From Amoebophrya sp. A120 (taxonomy: Eukaryota > Protista > Dinoflagellata), in assembly GCA_905178155.1 (NCBI GenBank), contig CAJINV010000003.1, positions 11,105,737 to 11,169,736 on the forward strand: a stretch of 64,000 nucleotides of DNA, given 5' to 3'. A model generated the notes under the pieces. The model was given only the letters and a program-made list of their open reading frames with translations, was not told where the DNA came from and ran no database searches. The number at the start of each line of letters is the position of its first letter. Position 1 is the stretch's first letter. Below are positions 11,258 to 25,100 of this stretch, in pieces. The position numbers and the translations under genes were made by a program.

Positions 11258-11869
11258 TCGTCGAAAGTGCTTCCTCCCTGGGAGCGGGTGTCCACCACAC
11301 GATGATGTATGATGAAGACGAATAATTTTTCACAGATCACCAACAAAGTCTAACACTTTTCTCTACTTTCCGCTCATCTGGGACAGAAGAAGCTGCGCAG
11401 TCGTGTTGTTAAATCGAAAATGAAGCAGAAGATCGCGCGAGACCACGTTCAAGCCTAGGAGATCCCGTAATGTGTTTCGTGCCGCACAAGGTTGATCACG
11501 GCGCAGCGGAGATGATACTCAACTCTGAATCAACGTCGTTGCAAGCACCGCGGCAATGACAATATTTCTACACCTTAGCTTTGCCTCCTGCTGGAACGAA
11601 GACCACCCCTGCATGATCGATCATCGTACTTATTTGCTTGTATTTTCTGTCAGTCAAGGATAGTCGTGCCTCGTCCTCAATGATGTCCAGGAGTATACAA
11701 CTTATCTCTTTGCCCCAGCAACGTAAAAAAAGCAAAATGCACCAATCTAAACGGTATTCGACGTCTGGATCCTCCTTGAGCTGTACTAGATCACGCTACT
11801 TGCCAAGCATTTTGTGATTTTTTCTTGCTTGTGCAGCTCCTTCTTCTGTCTGCTCTTGAAAAACTGAAT

Positions 11870-13934
11870 ATGGACGTCGTAGCCAGGTTGTCCACGTCTC
11901 GGAGTCGCTCACGATCTCCGACATTTCCGAGCACCAATGGCGACATGATTTTCAACCCGTCCCCCTGCTCGGTTGTTGCATCAGTGTCCTCGCAAGCACA
12001 AGGTCGTGTTGACGCAAAGAACTACAACCAGAGCACGGCCACGACTTTCAGGGCAAATACTAACGAGACTACTTCCAGTAAAAAGACTAGAAGAAATAAA
12101 CTTCTGCCTTTTACCGACTACAAACCCAGCGTGGAAGACTACGAGCGATTAACGATCTTCAGCATACAGCAGCAAGAAGAGCGCGAAGATTTACATAATC
12201 AGCGCGAAGTATTGCAGACGGCCCTAATTCCATACACGGAGGACCTGATTCCCTGTTACCACCAATGGATGACGGACCCCTACCTTCAACAGATGACGTG
12301 TTCCGAGCCCCTGTCGCAGCAGGAAGAACGCGAGGCCTGGCGCGGTTGGGTAACAGATCCCTGTAAATTAACATTTCTGATTGCCGTCCCGGATTCTGGG
12401 CGGGAGTATGATTGTCATGATTCATCTGGTGCTTTGCCTGAAGACACGGTAAATGGTGGCGTCCTAAAAGAGCACATCGCGCCGTCTGAACCTGAAGATA
12501 AGGACGCGCATGATAGTGAAGATGCTCATGGTCATGCCACTACATCAAAGCTCAGTCGACGTCCTGGATGCGCACACGTGAGCCGCAAGAAGAGCCCTGT
12601 TCATAAAGGTGGCGACCAGTCCGATGATCTTGCTGTGCAACTTGATGAATCGCTGCAGCTTCCAAAAATAGCCCTTCCCGCACTACCCGGTGAGCAGCCA
12701 GTGAAGATGTCAGCCAGCAGCAAGGAAACAGGTGCCGAAGCTGCAAGTTTCCTGGCCAACAAAGCCATTGCGGGAAGGTTTCCGTTTCCATGCCTAAGTC
12801 GTCACGAACAGATTGAGAAGCTTAACGAGCGCTTCAAGAGCAACAGGTTGGCGAGCAGCTCCGATCAGGTCTCAGCAACGGTCGTATCCTGCGCAACTGC
12901 ATCTTCTGCTTCTTCGAGTTCATCAAGTTCATCATGTTACTTGTTGGATCACTGTGCGTCCCTCCTCCCGTCCTGTCCGCAGCTGCTTCCCTTTCTGAAT
13001 ATTCAAGGTGTCGTCCCAGCTGGTGCCGCCGTCATAGAGCAGCGGTCGCCCGCGATAACGCCAGGCGATTATCCGCGAAAGGGCTACAACGCCCCAGAAG
13101 TGGATGAGCAGATTGGGAAAATACTACAGCGGCTCAATTTTCAGCCTCAAGGACAAGACACAGAGCCTCAGACAGAAGCCCCCCCGAGGACAGTGGCGCC
13201 TTTCTATTTGCTCGACGGAACATCAAACTATATGCGCCATGATGAGCTGGAAATCGGAGCGGCAAGAAGGCCTCTGACAGCTTCTACAGCAGCTCCGCGC
13301 CTCGCTCTGTGCACGAAAAACCTCGTACCATGCGGGGACGTTAATTTGTTTTGGGATGCGGAAGAGCAGATCGCCGAGCTGAATGTAATGATAGCTCACG
13401 AGAAATTTCGGAAAAAGGGTGTCGCGCGCCAAGCGGTGCGGCTGCTGATGTTATCCATCGCAATAAATACGTCTAGGTCTGGAAGATTGCAAGATTTGTC
13501 ATGGAATTTTTCCATCAAGACCCACAAAATGAAAATCTGGAAAAATGCGAGGCTTAGCATTATATATAATTAGGTCCTGCAGCCCCCTGTTGGTAATGCC
13601 TTTGTATTCTGCCGCAGAAATTGCCCCCTTGCAGCATGGTCAGATATGAGCATCTTTTGCAAGTCATGCAGCACAGATTTTTATGTAAGCCTATAATTCC
13701 CCAGGCCCAGCACGCTCACGCATCAGCATCACTTCCACAACTAGAGTAGCCAGACATATTTGCATTCCATAGGTGTCTTACGCTCACCATGCGCTGCACG
13801 TCAACCATTTTCGGGCAAAGATCTTGGAAGATAATGCTGCTTCGATTCGATTTTTCGAGGACAAGCTAGGATTTGTCCTGCACTCGCGCAAGCCAGTATT
13901 TAACGAGGTTTGGTATGACCTGCGAATAAAATAA
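11870..13934 (+). CDS. NAT9: N-acetyltransferase 9-like GNAT protein (exons 11870-13451, 13777-13934)
   Basis: LIPYTEDLIPCYHQWMTDPYLQQMTCSEPLSQQEE...KLTFLI; GDVNLF...AELNVMIAHEKFRKKG. After removal of the introner: LMSYAHHALHVNHFRAKILEDNAASIRFFEDKLGF...VFNEVWY, stop at 13932-13934. Confidence 0.85.
13452..13771. mobile_element. TA-ended introner, GTCTGGGTCTGGAAG family (degenerate)
   Basis: DR GATGT/GGTGT; GTCTAGGTCTGGAAG ... CCAGACATATTTGCATTCCATA; excision restores the GNAT C-terminus. Confidence 0.85.
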
Positions 13935-15288
13935 GTACTCCACTAGACCACGTAGAATGAATTTTGCCGATAGTACAACTACCGCCCTGATGCAGCTCAG
14001 TTTAGGATTGATGACGTTGTTCTATCTTCGTGCCTAGTCTTCGCAGCTCCTTGCAGGCCCGGTTTCTTTCTGGTGTGGCGGGGACGCTTGCGCTTCCAAA
14101 TTCGACATAGTGTATGCACTAGAGTTTTTGAAACTAGGAGGCCTTGTGGGAAGCAAGACGTGGCAGCACTTGCAATGGAATGCGTTGCACATTGTCATTG
14201 ATGTAAGTAAAAAGGTAGTACTAAGGAAGTGTAGGAATTTTTCACAAGCTGACGCTACTGGCGGGAGGTCATTATACGGGACTAATACATAGCCATGTAC
14301 TCTGTCAGTATCGTGCTCAGAGAAGCACCCGAGCCATTCCTATTGTGATGGAAGTCACTCCTCGCTTCTCTTTGTCTTTCGACTTATAAAATATTTTGCA
14401 GCAGCACCGATCCTCGGGGTTTTCTTTATTTCCAAAATGCGTACGCGTGGATCTAACCGTCTACGTCGTGCGACACACACACATAGAAAATGCGAACCAC
14501 AGTACTAGACCAATGATCTGTACGTTGTAGAGACAAAAATTAAAAGAGAATCAATATCATTCCTTCTGGGATCCTGAAAAAGTAAATCGAAATGGACCTT
14601 ACGCTTACCCTGTTCCACAAGCGCATTCCTTCGAAATAAAAAAACATAACATGCTTCAAGGAGGAGGACCACACCAATTCCAATGTCCGTTCCATCTGTT
14701 CAAGTAGAGTTGAAGATCCCGATCCAAAACATATTTATAGGTATTGTAATTGTTTCAAGAATTCATACATTGCATTGCTTATTGGGCGGGTGGGAGATCA
14801 GCATCAGCAAATTTGGTGCGGCTACATAAATACTTTTTAGAAGAACGAAGCATTGACACATGTTGTATCCCAGTTATTTCTTGGTCTTAGTGTGAATGTG
14901 ATGTGGATGATATTTCTCTCGTTTCTGTTTCTCTCTCAACAGGTCACAGTGGTGTGGGAAGTAGAATTCTTTGTTCCATTTCAACTCCTCGACGAGTATA
15001 AGAATCCTCCTCCGGCGTAGTACTTACTTACAAAACAACAAGGCTTCTTGGCAGAATTTCTAGAAGAAGTTTTAGTGCATCGTGGTGGTAGAGCGAACAA
15101 CACCCAGCGGCGCCTAAGTTTAGTATTTCGCAGGATCATCTTCAAGACAGAGTTCGTTGCTTGTTGTGTAGAAATATCCTGTGATGATTTTGAATTCTGT
15201 AGTTGAAGTTCTTGCTGTGATCCCTCACATGAATGACATAGTAGAAACCTGAATGGTGGAATTCCCGAAGTGAAGACGAGCCGAGAGG

Positions 15289-16041
15289 ATGTATGCGACG
15301 AAGACGTATCCGGGCATACAGCCCATCTACTCCCAGAATTTTTTGTGCCGAGCCACCCTTTCTGCCTGCGCAGGCATCGCGCTTGGGATCACCATCTCCT
15401 TGATCGTCAATTGTACCCTTCTGGAGATATCCCTGAACGCTTTTTTCGCGACCTACTTCGGCGTGTTGTTCTGCTGTGTGGGTTGCATTATTCTCTGGCG
15501 GCTGAAGCAGCAGGAGGTGAATACCGCCCACCCGTCCGCGAGCGACGAGGCCGACGCGCGAAGGAAATTCCACCTGACGCTCTTTAGCTACCTCATCATC
15601 GCGAGCGGCGTCTTGTGCTTCATGCTCGAGAAGGACTGGTACTTCAAGCTTTCTCCGCTAACGAAGGTGCCGCTCTACAGCGTGCTCGGGATCAGTGTCA
15701 GCTTCGCGCTCACCTTCTCGGTAATCGACCTGGTCAACTACACAGTCGGCTTCGTCCAGGGGAACACCATCGCGCGCCCCATCGTGGAGTCGCCAAACCA
15801 GGTGCACGTCGTCCTGCTGTTGGCCTTCTTCATGGGCGCCATTTTTGGTTGCATTTTCGGCCTCCTACAAGTCGCGGACGAAAGCAAGTACAAGATCCGC
15901 CTGTCCCTGCTGCGAGTAGAGCACTACTGCTACCAGATCGGCGGACTGCTCGGCGCCATCGGGGGCGTCGCGAACGAGTACCTGCGGCACATTGAGGTCG
16001 TTTACTCGCCCGTGTCCCTGGAATTCGACGACGACATTTAA
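15289..16041 (+). CDS. Multi-pass membrane protein, 250 aa, function unknown
   Basis: About 6 hydrophobic segments; strong C/G third-position bias; C-terminal YSPV and acidic EFDDDI. Confidence 0.85.
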   Translation: MYATKTYPGIQPIYSQNFLCRATLSACAGIALGITISLIVNCTLLEISLNAFFATYFGVLFCCVGCIILWRLKQQEVNTAHPSASDEADARRKFHLTLFSYLIIASGVLCFMLEKDWYFKLSPLTKVPLYSVLGISVSFALTFSVIDLVNYTVGFVQGNTIARPIVESPNQVHVVLLLAFFMGAIFGCIFGLLQVADESKYKIRLSLLRVEHYCYQIGGLLGAIGGVANEYLRHIEVVYSPVSLEFDDDI

Positions 16042-18235
16042 TACAGGGGTGAAGGTTTTTTTGATTATCAACATCAAAAGGAAAAAATCTTCACCGATCG
16101 AGGCGACATCCTTGCGACTAGACGACACACGACCATCCAGCATGATTTTCACATATCAACATAGCGATCGACAACGTGGAACAATTCTTGCTCATATTTG
16201 TCCCCACGACCCACCCTGGAAATACGGTCCCACTCCAAGCCACCCGGTACCGATTGTACATTGCACACTATTTTTCAGGTACCTGTATTTGCATTCGTTT
16301 TCCTTTTCACTTATTTTTGCAGTTACTTACTGGACCCGGAGTGAACAAGATCGATGCAGTCAGTGCTGTGTCCACCGGCGTCCTCGTCCTCAACATTTCC
16401 TATATCATTTGCATGCTTGGGGAACAATTGTCGAGAAGTCAGTGATTCTTGAGTAGATTTGATGCTGGAGGGGAGGCACTAAAAAACTTTATGATGATGT
16501 TCTTATCATCGACATCCTGATCATGCTACTACCTGACGTGTCCTCGTTGTGTGTCTATTATGGTTCGAAGCTGCATTCGAACAAGAAGCGAAACTACACG
16601 CTTCGATGAAAGAGAAAGTATAAGGGAAAAAAGCTGGCCATATTCAATTTTCAAACAGAGCTTCCAAGAAGAACGAACATCAAGTGGTTGCCGCACCGTG
16701 TTGATTCGTCTGCCGGGGGCGGGGATGAAGAAATAGTGACGGAGCTGCAGTAGAAGCACCACCGACCACCAGCAACGGCCAGCTGCGGTTGCTGTCACGA
16801 GCAGGACGAGTGCAGCATTGAGATACGCACCAGGTACGGACAGAGACGGGATTTGCGATAATTATATGACCATAATTCTGTTCCTGTGCGCAAACGACCG
16901 AAACGCGAGCGCGACGAGTTGAATTCGACGCCTTTTCCAGTGGCAACAGTTCTGCGATGTTGTCTACTGTGCGTGGTCAACATGCGGGTCATATGGATAA
17001 GCAGTGCTAGCCCTCGTCCCGCGCGCGCACCGAAGCGGTTTATTAAATTGCACTAGTACGGCTCCACTCCGACCAACTGCAAGCTGTGGCTCGGCTTCGA
17101 TGCCGCTCCGTAGCGGCGCTCTACATAATATCGTCTGTTCGCTTTGATGAAGCAAAGTTCCGGTTCTTGACGGGAGTTGGGGCCCTTTTACGCGTACTTC
17201 GAGCAGAAGTAGGTGACTGGATTCCAACGTAATAAATTAAACGTCCTCCTTCTCGATGACGTGAAACGAAAGTCGTGCTTGCGCGGCCCCGATATTCTTG
17301 GAGCGCATCAACAGCAGGTTTCGATATAAGTAGATACGTCACTATTTCTGACGACGTCCCCAGCAGGACTTCAAGTTTTCCCCAATAAGAATGCAGCAGC
17401 AACAAAAACTCAACTTTTCCCACCCCCGTTCTATCGTCCTTTTTACCACCTACGCATTTCTACTGGCACTTCTTTGCGCAATGAAAGCCAATGGCAGCAG
17501 CTTGATTTTTGTCCACTTGCGGGAGCCAGTAGATAGATACTACCCCGAACCTTGTGTGCATCTTGTTCCAACGTCGACCCGTCGTGCTGTTCGACTCGTT
17601 AGTTCTACTTGTTTCTCGAGTCGCACAGTAGTGCATCATTTTGATCAAAATTACAGAAGTTTTGGTTTTTTTTTCACAACGGCGGGAAAGCCATCAGATC
17701 ATGTAATTCTCAGCACATACATGATAGTTAGGTGCTGGTGTAACCAGCAAATGGCAAGCGTCATGCCTCGCAGATCAATGCTTGTTTTCGTTTTTGCCAT
17801 GTTTGCATTTTTTCTTCTATTGTAGCGCTACCGCTGCCTTTGTTGCCTTTTGGAGGTATTCTGTTGACGATGATCTTCTATTATTCTCATCACATAGAGG
17901 ATCTAGAAGAGATTTTCAGCTACGTAAGGCGTGGATTTTGATTTGAAACTTTCAGCGACTGGAAGTGAATGGAAAAAGTGGTAGGTTGTGTATCCATATC
18001 GGCATGTCGTGCTTGGTGTTACGTTGTAGAGGTAAATCGAAGTATCTATCACAGCGCATCAATTTCACCTGATTTCGCTATGCATGAGACATGATGCGTT
18101 TTGATTTTGACCAAAGACGGGCTCACTTTCCGCAAGTGCCTACTCTACGTGCGTAGCTTATTGTTATTTCGTATTTATTGTCCTCGTGTTTATGATTGAT
18201 GTCTCTATAATATTTTTGTAGGCGGAAGTCGAGGA

Positions 18236-20950
18236 ATGGCCGCCGATGCCACGGATCACGACGGAGGCCGCCTGTTGCCCCAGGACACGGGTCTCGTTGA
18301 GGCCTGGTTGCGCGGCTACATCCACCGCCTATCAGCAGTTGAGGTTTTGGAGTCCGACTTACGCAGCGTTGTGTTGAATTATTTCCTTGTCACCTATGAA
18401 AGCCTCAGGCTGGAAATCCTCAAAGTGAATAATAATTTGTAATGCAGAAAAACGACTTCAGTTGGAGCACCATTTATAGTCGGCGCATGACAAATTTCCC
18501 GAGCACTCAAAACGTGTCTGTCATGCTAGTTAGGCAAAGGGGTGCCCTTCTCTCATGCTAATCAGAAGCACAATAGTCTGTACCCGTAGAAGCACAATAG
18601 TCGGCCTCCATTGCGTTCTCTGCAATACAGTCTCTTTGGTGTCGCATTTCATGCATCACAAATTATTTCCACTTTGAGGATTTCATCCATTCTGAGGGTG
18701 TCATATCACCGGCAACCAAGAGGCGGCCGAGGCTTGGGAGGAAGAAGCCGGACTCCGTGTTATGCATTGCAAATATGTCTGGGTCTGGAAGGATGTACTG
18801 ACTTGTGATGCTGCATTTGGATACTCCTAAAATCTGTGTTGCATGAACAGCAGAAGAGGTCAGCGTTCGCCACGGGGTCGAGAGGGCATTTCCCATGCAG
18901 TATGGGCAACATCAGGAAGCCCTCGCAAAATCTGTGATGCTAGAGCGTGCATCCCAGACGTCCAGAGTCATGCAAAATGTGCAAGACACCCTCTAGACCC
19001 AGACATATTTGCATTTCATACGTGTGGCCTGCTCCAATTCAAATGCTACATCAAATGGCCCGACTAGTGGTTCATCAGCCTCGTCCTCGTCTTCATCAAA
19101 ATTTGTTCCGCGATCACGCGAAGATCATCATGATCAAGATGTCTCTCGAGGTTGTACTAGACACAACAAGAACTTTAAAGCGAACTACAACGGGAGGTCG
19201 CGTTTCTTCCAGCCACAGGGAGACGATGAAAAGGGAGTTGATGCTGCAGCCTTTGGGTTTGGCAGCATCTGCCCAGCCGGGCTATCATCGCTGCTGGAGA
19301 TGGGCAGCAGCACCACGACGTCCTATGAAAAGAATACCAAAGGAAAAAATATTACTACAACATCCGCAGATCGCGCTAGTACACTTCCCGTCGCGAAAAT
19401 GCACCTGAGGAAGAATGTGCGCAACGCGCTTTTGCGAAACAACCACACTGAGGCCATCCGCCTTCTGGACGATATCTCGCCGAGGATTCTAGGGCTGCGG
19501 CCGCGCGTGCACTTCACGCTGCTCCGGAGGCAATTTCTGCAGCTTCTGTTGGACACGAACACAACGAAAAGTGTGACCACCACGGCGCTGCAGTTTGCTT
19601 ATGAGAAGTATACGCTACGATGAACTCATTTTTAATATTGCAAGAATTGCTCGACCGAGTTGTTACATGACGTGTTGTAGTCGCTCGTTTGTCTTGAACA
19701 TGATGAACCACAGCTGCAAATATAAGCCAATCGAACAACTCACCAGTCTGACGCCGTTCGTGGAACGCCACCCGGAGTTATCACAACAGGAAAAAGTGTT
19801 TTTAACGTTAACGGAATTTGTGATGCAGCAATGCATCACTGAACGCAACGTGCCTAAATTTGTCACGCATAGCATGCTTATTGGGCTACATTTGTGATGC
19901 ATGGTTGCAATCTGTGAAAACCGTTAACGTTAGCACCTTTGTGCTGGATAGGAGTTGCTGGAGAAGCTCGAGGCCTCGATGAAGTTCTATCGCGTGGTCA
20001 AGCGTTACATTCTCAGATGTTAAATGAATTTGTCACGCAAGAGCCGCAACAGTCAAAGGCGCAAGCTTGCTGCTTGTTTTGCATCACAGATTTGGCACGG
20101 ATTTAGATGCTGCGTAGCCCTTGTTCGGAGATTTGTCATGCGAAGCAGCTTGATCATCTATTCTACCGGCGCAAGATAGTTCTGCATGGCAAATTCATGC
20201 AACAGTTCAGAATGTAATGTTTGAGAACGCCATAAGTTCCTGACCTATGATCCAACCGCAGCAGGCAGCAAGAGTGCGCAGAACAACGCCCTTCGCGAGG
20301 GCATCAAGGAGCAGCTTGAAACGGACAACGAAGAGATCGCGGACCGGATCGACCATTTGATCCTGCAGCATTTTCACCTTTCGCCGGTGTCGCAGCTCGA
20401 GTTTCTGTGTCGAAACGTACTATGGTCCGACCGATCGCTCTACTCGCAGTTCGAATCCGACCAGGTGATGATCGTTCGGGGGCTGAGTACTGGGCTGGAG
20501 GAAGGAGCAAAGGAGAAACTGGGAAGCAGCAAGATGAACGCGAGCACGAGTACAAGATGTAAGACAACTACTGGTAATGCGGTGATGCTGCAACCATCCC
20601 CAACTGAAGAAAGATGCATGGAGACCGAAACGGGCGATGCGGAAGATCGCGCGGAAGCGGCAGGTGCAGATGTAGAATCAAGGACGACACCAGCAGCAGG
20701 TGGCGCGACGACCACTCCAAAAGTTGTACTATCATCGAAGATGATAAAACTGACAAAGAGGAATGGTCGAGATGGGAATCGGCAACTGGACGACCATTCA
20801 TGCGCGGGAAGATCAGGTGCAGCTACTGCAGAGATGAAACTGATATTGACAGACACTGTTCCAAAACTGGATACGCATTGCTTAGCGCGCCCTTGTGTAT
20901 TGCTTGGCACAACTTCAACCACGGACCGTGTCCTGCCCAATAAGTCTTGA
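18236..20950 (+). CDS. LisH/CTLH/CRA protein, GID8/TWA1-like (exons 18236-18394, 18711-18760, 19026-19607, 19747-19778, 19956-19987, 20240-20950)
   Basis: Spliced LisH DLRSVVLNYFLVTGNQEAAEAWEEEAG; CTLH MHLRKNVRNALLRNNHTEAIRLLDDISPRIL...VHFTLLRRQFLQLL; CRA ALQFAYENLTPFVERHPELLEKLEASMKFLTY...EEIADRIDHLILQH. Four introners and one GT-AG intron (19608-19746). Confidence 0.85.
18395..18705. mobile_element. TA-ended introner, AAAGT..AATAATTTGTAATGCA family
   Basis: Perfect DR TCACC; TATGA...TCATA; IR GAAATCCTCAAAGTG / CACTTTGAGGATTTC; restores LisH. Confidence 0.92.
18761..19020. mobile_element. TA-ended introner, GTCTGGGTCTGGAAG family
   Basis: Perfect DR CGTGT; 26-bp IR with 2 mismatches; excision is in frame. 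Confidence 0.92.
19779..19950. mobile_element. TA-ended introner
   Basis: Perfect DR GGAGT; IR core TAACGTTAACGG / CCGTTAACGTTA; restores HPELLEKLE. Confidence 0.9.
19988..20234. mobile_element. TA-ended introner
   Basis: Perfect DR AGTTC; IR TCAAGCGTTACATTCT / AGAATGTAATGTTTGA; restores MKFLTYDP. Confidence 0.9.
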
Positions 20951-21243
20951 AGCTGAAGATGCAAGAAGCGCGTCAATCGACAGCATTGCGTTTCCTCCCA
21001 TTTTAGAAATATAATACGAAACGCCTGGCATGCTTGTGTCCCTGCATCCTAGCACGGCGCAATCTTCTTTATTTTCGTGCAGTTTCGACGGAGGGCTCCT
21101 GGCAGCGCGTGTTCTACTCACGATGAGGTCGCGAGGATCAACTTCTTTGATGCAGCACCAGTTGTAACAGAGCCAGAAGTTAGCGTGACGCTGATGACCA
21201 CGATGAACACGACAAGAGAAGATCTCGCTCTGAAGTTCAAGCA

Positions 21244-21344
21244 GTTGACCAGTTCGATTTAATGTATCGACTTCTAAAAACCAGTTCGATTTAATGTATG
21301 AAAATTTGTTGACCAGTTCGATTTAATGTATCGACTTCCAAAAA
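21244..21344. repeat. Short intergenic tandem repeat, 3 x ACCAGTTCGATTTAATGTAT
   Basis: Three exact 20-bp cores with short variable linkers. Confidence 0.85.
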
Positions 21345-22143
21345 TGAATCGACGACAAGAGATCTAATTGCCATGGTGGATCTACTTCAGAATATCTTTG
21401 CTATGGACGTCGTGGCTCCTACAGCTCCTCATTTATTTGCTAAAATTGAAATTCTTTGGGGCCACAGAGCAATTCTGAAAAACAACAGCGCTTTCTACAG
21501 AGCAATTCTGAGTTCGATTTCGAAAACATCCTACATGAAACAGATCATAAGTGGATTTCCGCAGCAGTGAACGACCAATATTGTAGTGTCATCTTTTTCG
21601 ACGATCTTCATCAATGTTAAACAATACCCACAATCGAATCACGACCAGGTTTCTTAGGACGCTCACGACCAGACATTTGTATTATTTTATTGGTCAGCTT
21701 TTTTTCCCTTAATACTAAGAAATCCTAACGCTCATTTCATCTGTGTTGTGTAAAATTTTGATGAAGTGAAGAAGGAGATTGCTTGGTTATAAGAGGAGCT
21801 GGCAAGATCAAGGAAGACGGCGACTCTAACTCTGATTGGAACCTGATCGCCTTCGAAGCAAGAAGAATTTGATGTTGTTGTGAGACACTACTTAAAGAGT
21901 CAGCATCTACGTGCAAACATTGCAACAAGAACAGGGCAAGCGACTAGTAACCGGGACTGTGTCATGATCACCTCCGGCGGGCCGGGATCCTCACAGCTTC
22001 ACCTCAGCGGCGCGCGACTTTTCTTGTAAGCCAGAGACGGTTTCCCCCAATTCCGTGTTTCATCTCCGTGGCCTTTGTACTACGTGTTCATCACTTAAAA
22101 CATCCTGGTTTTTAGCGAAAGTACCACAACCAAAAAAATCAAG

Positions 22144-25100
22144 ATGGGCGGAAAGGCAAAACAGAAAAATAAAAAGAAAGGAAACCAAGGCAAAAAGAAA
22201 CAGACCAACGAGCAGCAAGAGAGTAAGAATGCGAACAACGGCGCGAAGGAGCAAGAGGTACTAGACAGCGACTTCTCTGACGTCAACCTCTCAGAACAAG
22301 ATAATGAGCAACAACTTCATGGACGAAAACGAGTGGGGCAGCCCTCGTCTAGCAGCACCAACAATGGAGATGAAGCGCAAGCGGATAAGAGCATCAACAA
22401 GCAGAAAAAGAAGAAAAATGCTGCCGGCAGCAAGCAGACGAGTGCGCCCGGAGGTGCTGCTGTGGAGCAGGTGGACGAAATTGATCTTGTCACCGGGGTA
22501 TGCATTGCGAATATCGATCTGGGTCTGGAAAGTAAAGATGCGAACTTAAGTGGCAGTGGCTCTCTGCTAGAGACGCGAATAAAATCTGTCTCATGCATCC
22601 AGAGTTAGCAAAAGACGCCCATTTGTGGTCGCGCTGAGAGCGGACGACTTCTCATGCAAACAAAGCACCGCACGGCTGGGGCTGCCGCAGAAGTAATAGT
22701 AAAGAACCACCTGTTATACTTGTCCCTGCGCGCCACGCAAAAGTTACACTGGATCGATCTGCAATCTACTTTCCGACTCGGACTACATGTTTGCATTTGA
22801 TACGGGGAGATCGTAACAAAAACCTATCGACGGGACAGCAACGGCTCGTCCGTACTGTCCTCGCAGAACGAGCTGCGCAGCGAGCGCGACCAGGGGGAGC
22901 CCGACAGCTCCGACTTCCAGTCGCAGCAAAGCTACGAACGATCTGACTACGACCCAAACAGTGAGGAAGGGGGGCGGTACAGAGAGGATCGAAGTTGCTC
23001 CCAGTCGGAAGATGATATCCACTGCAAAAAGTGTGTCTGGGCTAGGGAGGATCATGCCACCAGGCTCGTGGTCGTGATGCAGCTTTTGCATAACCCAGTA
23101 GATGAACATAGAGAAATTAGATGCGAGCTGTACAACTATTTTGCATTTTAGACCTGCATGAGAAATGTAGTCATCTTCAGGTGACCAGAAGGTGCCTGCT
23201 AATATCTCTGCCCATACGCTGCAGATCATATTATTTGTGTCGACCTGCCACAGCATCCTTACAAACTCGGGCTCTTAATACAGATGATTCAGACACATGA
23301 TTTGCAATTCATAGACGAGGAGGACTATTCCGATTCAGATCGATCGTCTCGCAGCGGGTCGTCTCGTAGCGGTTCGCAATACACAAGCTCTAAGTGCTCT
23401 CACAGTGGGGACGAGGATAACCCCAAAGCCTACAAGAAAGGGGGCTATCACCCGGTAATCAATGATTTCTCATTTTTGCATGATCGTGAAGAAATTTCGT
23501 CATGATTCGCGTGGTCGTTTCTGTTTCAATAATATCCGCATACGAACTTCTGTAGAAGGTCATCTACACCGCAGATTGACTGACATGGAAAAGTATCCTC
23601 GTCTACAATTGTTATTCGTAGAAAGAAGTGCGAACGCGAACCACAACTACGAAATACATAGGTTGTTCTTGGGCAGCAGTACGGGGGGCGGTACCGAATC
23701 CTGAGCAAGTTGGGAGCAGGCGCCTTTTCCACCGTGTGGTTGTGTGCGGACGAACGAAACAGTGACGCGCTGGTGGCTATGAAAATTTGCAAAAGCAAAG
23801 CATCGGTATAGATTTGAGAAATTGATAGAGCAGCTACAGCAGCGAGGCGTATTTATTAATCACAGTCCTCACCCTTGTTTTATTTTTACCGCATGCCTTT
23901 TACAAAGTATGAGCAACTGAGGACCACATGAAGCGGAGGTCTGCTGCTGCTCTTGAAAGAATTAATATAGAATGAATACTTACACACCAGGTCTGTGAGC
24001 AAGCCCTGGACGATATCCCCCAGAAAAAGACCGACAGGTCATATTTGTAATGCAAAAATAAATAGACAAAAAAATCTGTATTGCATGCCCTAAACAGGAT
24101 GCTATGGCCTCGCCCATGACAGATTTTCCTGTGTATTTATTTTTGCATTACAAATATGACCTGTCGGTCTTTTTCTGTGGGATAGACGAAGTGAAGCTGC
24201 TGCGGTGCATAAATCCGCAGGACCAAGTCGCTGCTACGGATCCAATATCAAGTGTAAAAATGTCTGGGTCTGGAAGAATGCGAACTTGTGATGCGAATTC
24301 CACTACACGCGCAAATCTCTCATGCAAAGGCAGCAAAAGGTTCCTATTTCCTGTCACCAAAAACAGGGACTTGTCATGCGGATTAAGCATTGCGGAACGT
24401 TCGCGAAATCTGTGATGCTAGGGCTTCCATAACAGACCTTCTCTGTCATGCAAAAACAACATGACAAAAATCTGCATTCTTCCAGACCCAGACATTTTTA
24501 CACTTGATATCCAAAATATGAGGGCCGGCACTACTGCATGCCGATGCGTCACCATTTTTGGCACGTTGGACCGAACGGAAAACACATGTGCCTTATCTTT
24601 GACCTGCTCGGCGAAAACCTTCTGGCGCTTGTGAAGCACACGGCTTATCAGGGCTTGCCCCTCCCATGGGTCCGAAAAATTGCCCGCCAAGTCTTGCAGG
24701 TATATATATTTTTTCTTCCCAGTGCTTGTGCTGTCCGTCGGTGGAGACGAGCGGGAACGTCTTGTAGCGTCTCTTCACATGGTGCACACGGTCGTGAAGT
24801 ACGAAGCGCATCGACGTCCCTTGTTCACTATATTTCCTCACTGATCGATAATATCGATTGCAATTCATCTATGCCTATGCGTCTTCGACGCATGAACCTG
24901 CAATATGTTGTTCTACTACCAGAAGTAGCCCACCCTACTTCTTTCCGATATTCATTGAATCCCTTGGCGCGCAAGATCATGATGAATGTGAATCCCCTGT
25001 CAATATAAGTGATTCTCGGCAACCTTCGGCTCCACCAGGATCGTCGAAGAATGAAGATGATGAAAACTAAAAAAAACATCATTATCATCTACTCTCGTAT

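Noticed and set aside
16100-18200. Short ORFs in AT-richer gaps (also 28700-30200 and 45250-46800)
   Set aside because: No coding bias or recognisable motifs; treated as intergenic or UTR. No tRNA or rRNA was recognised anywhere in the window.
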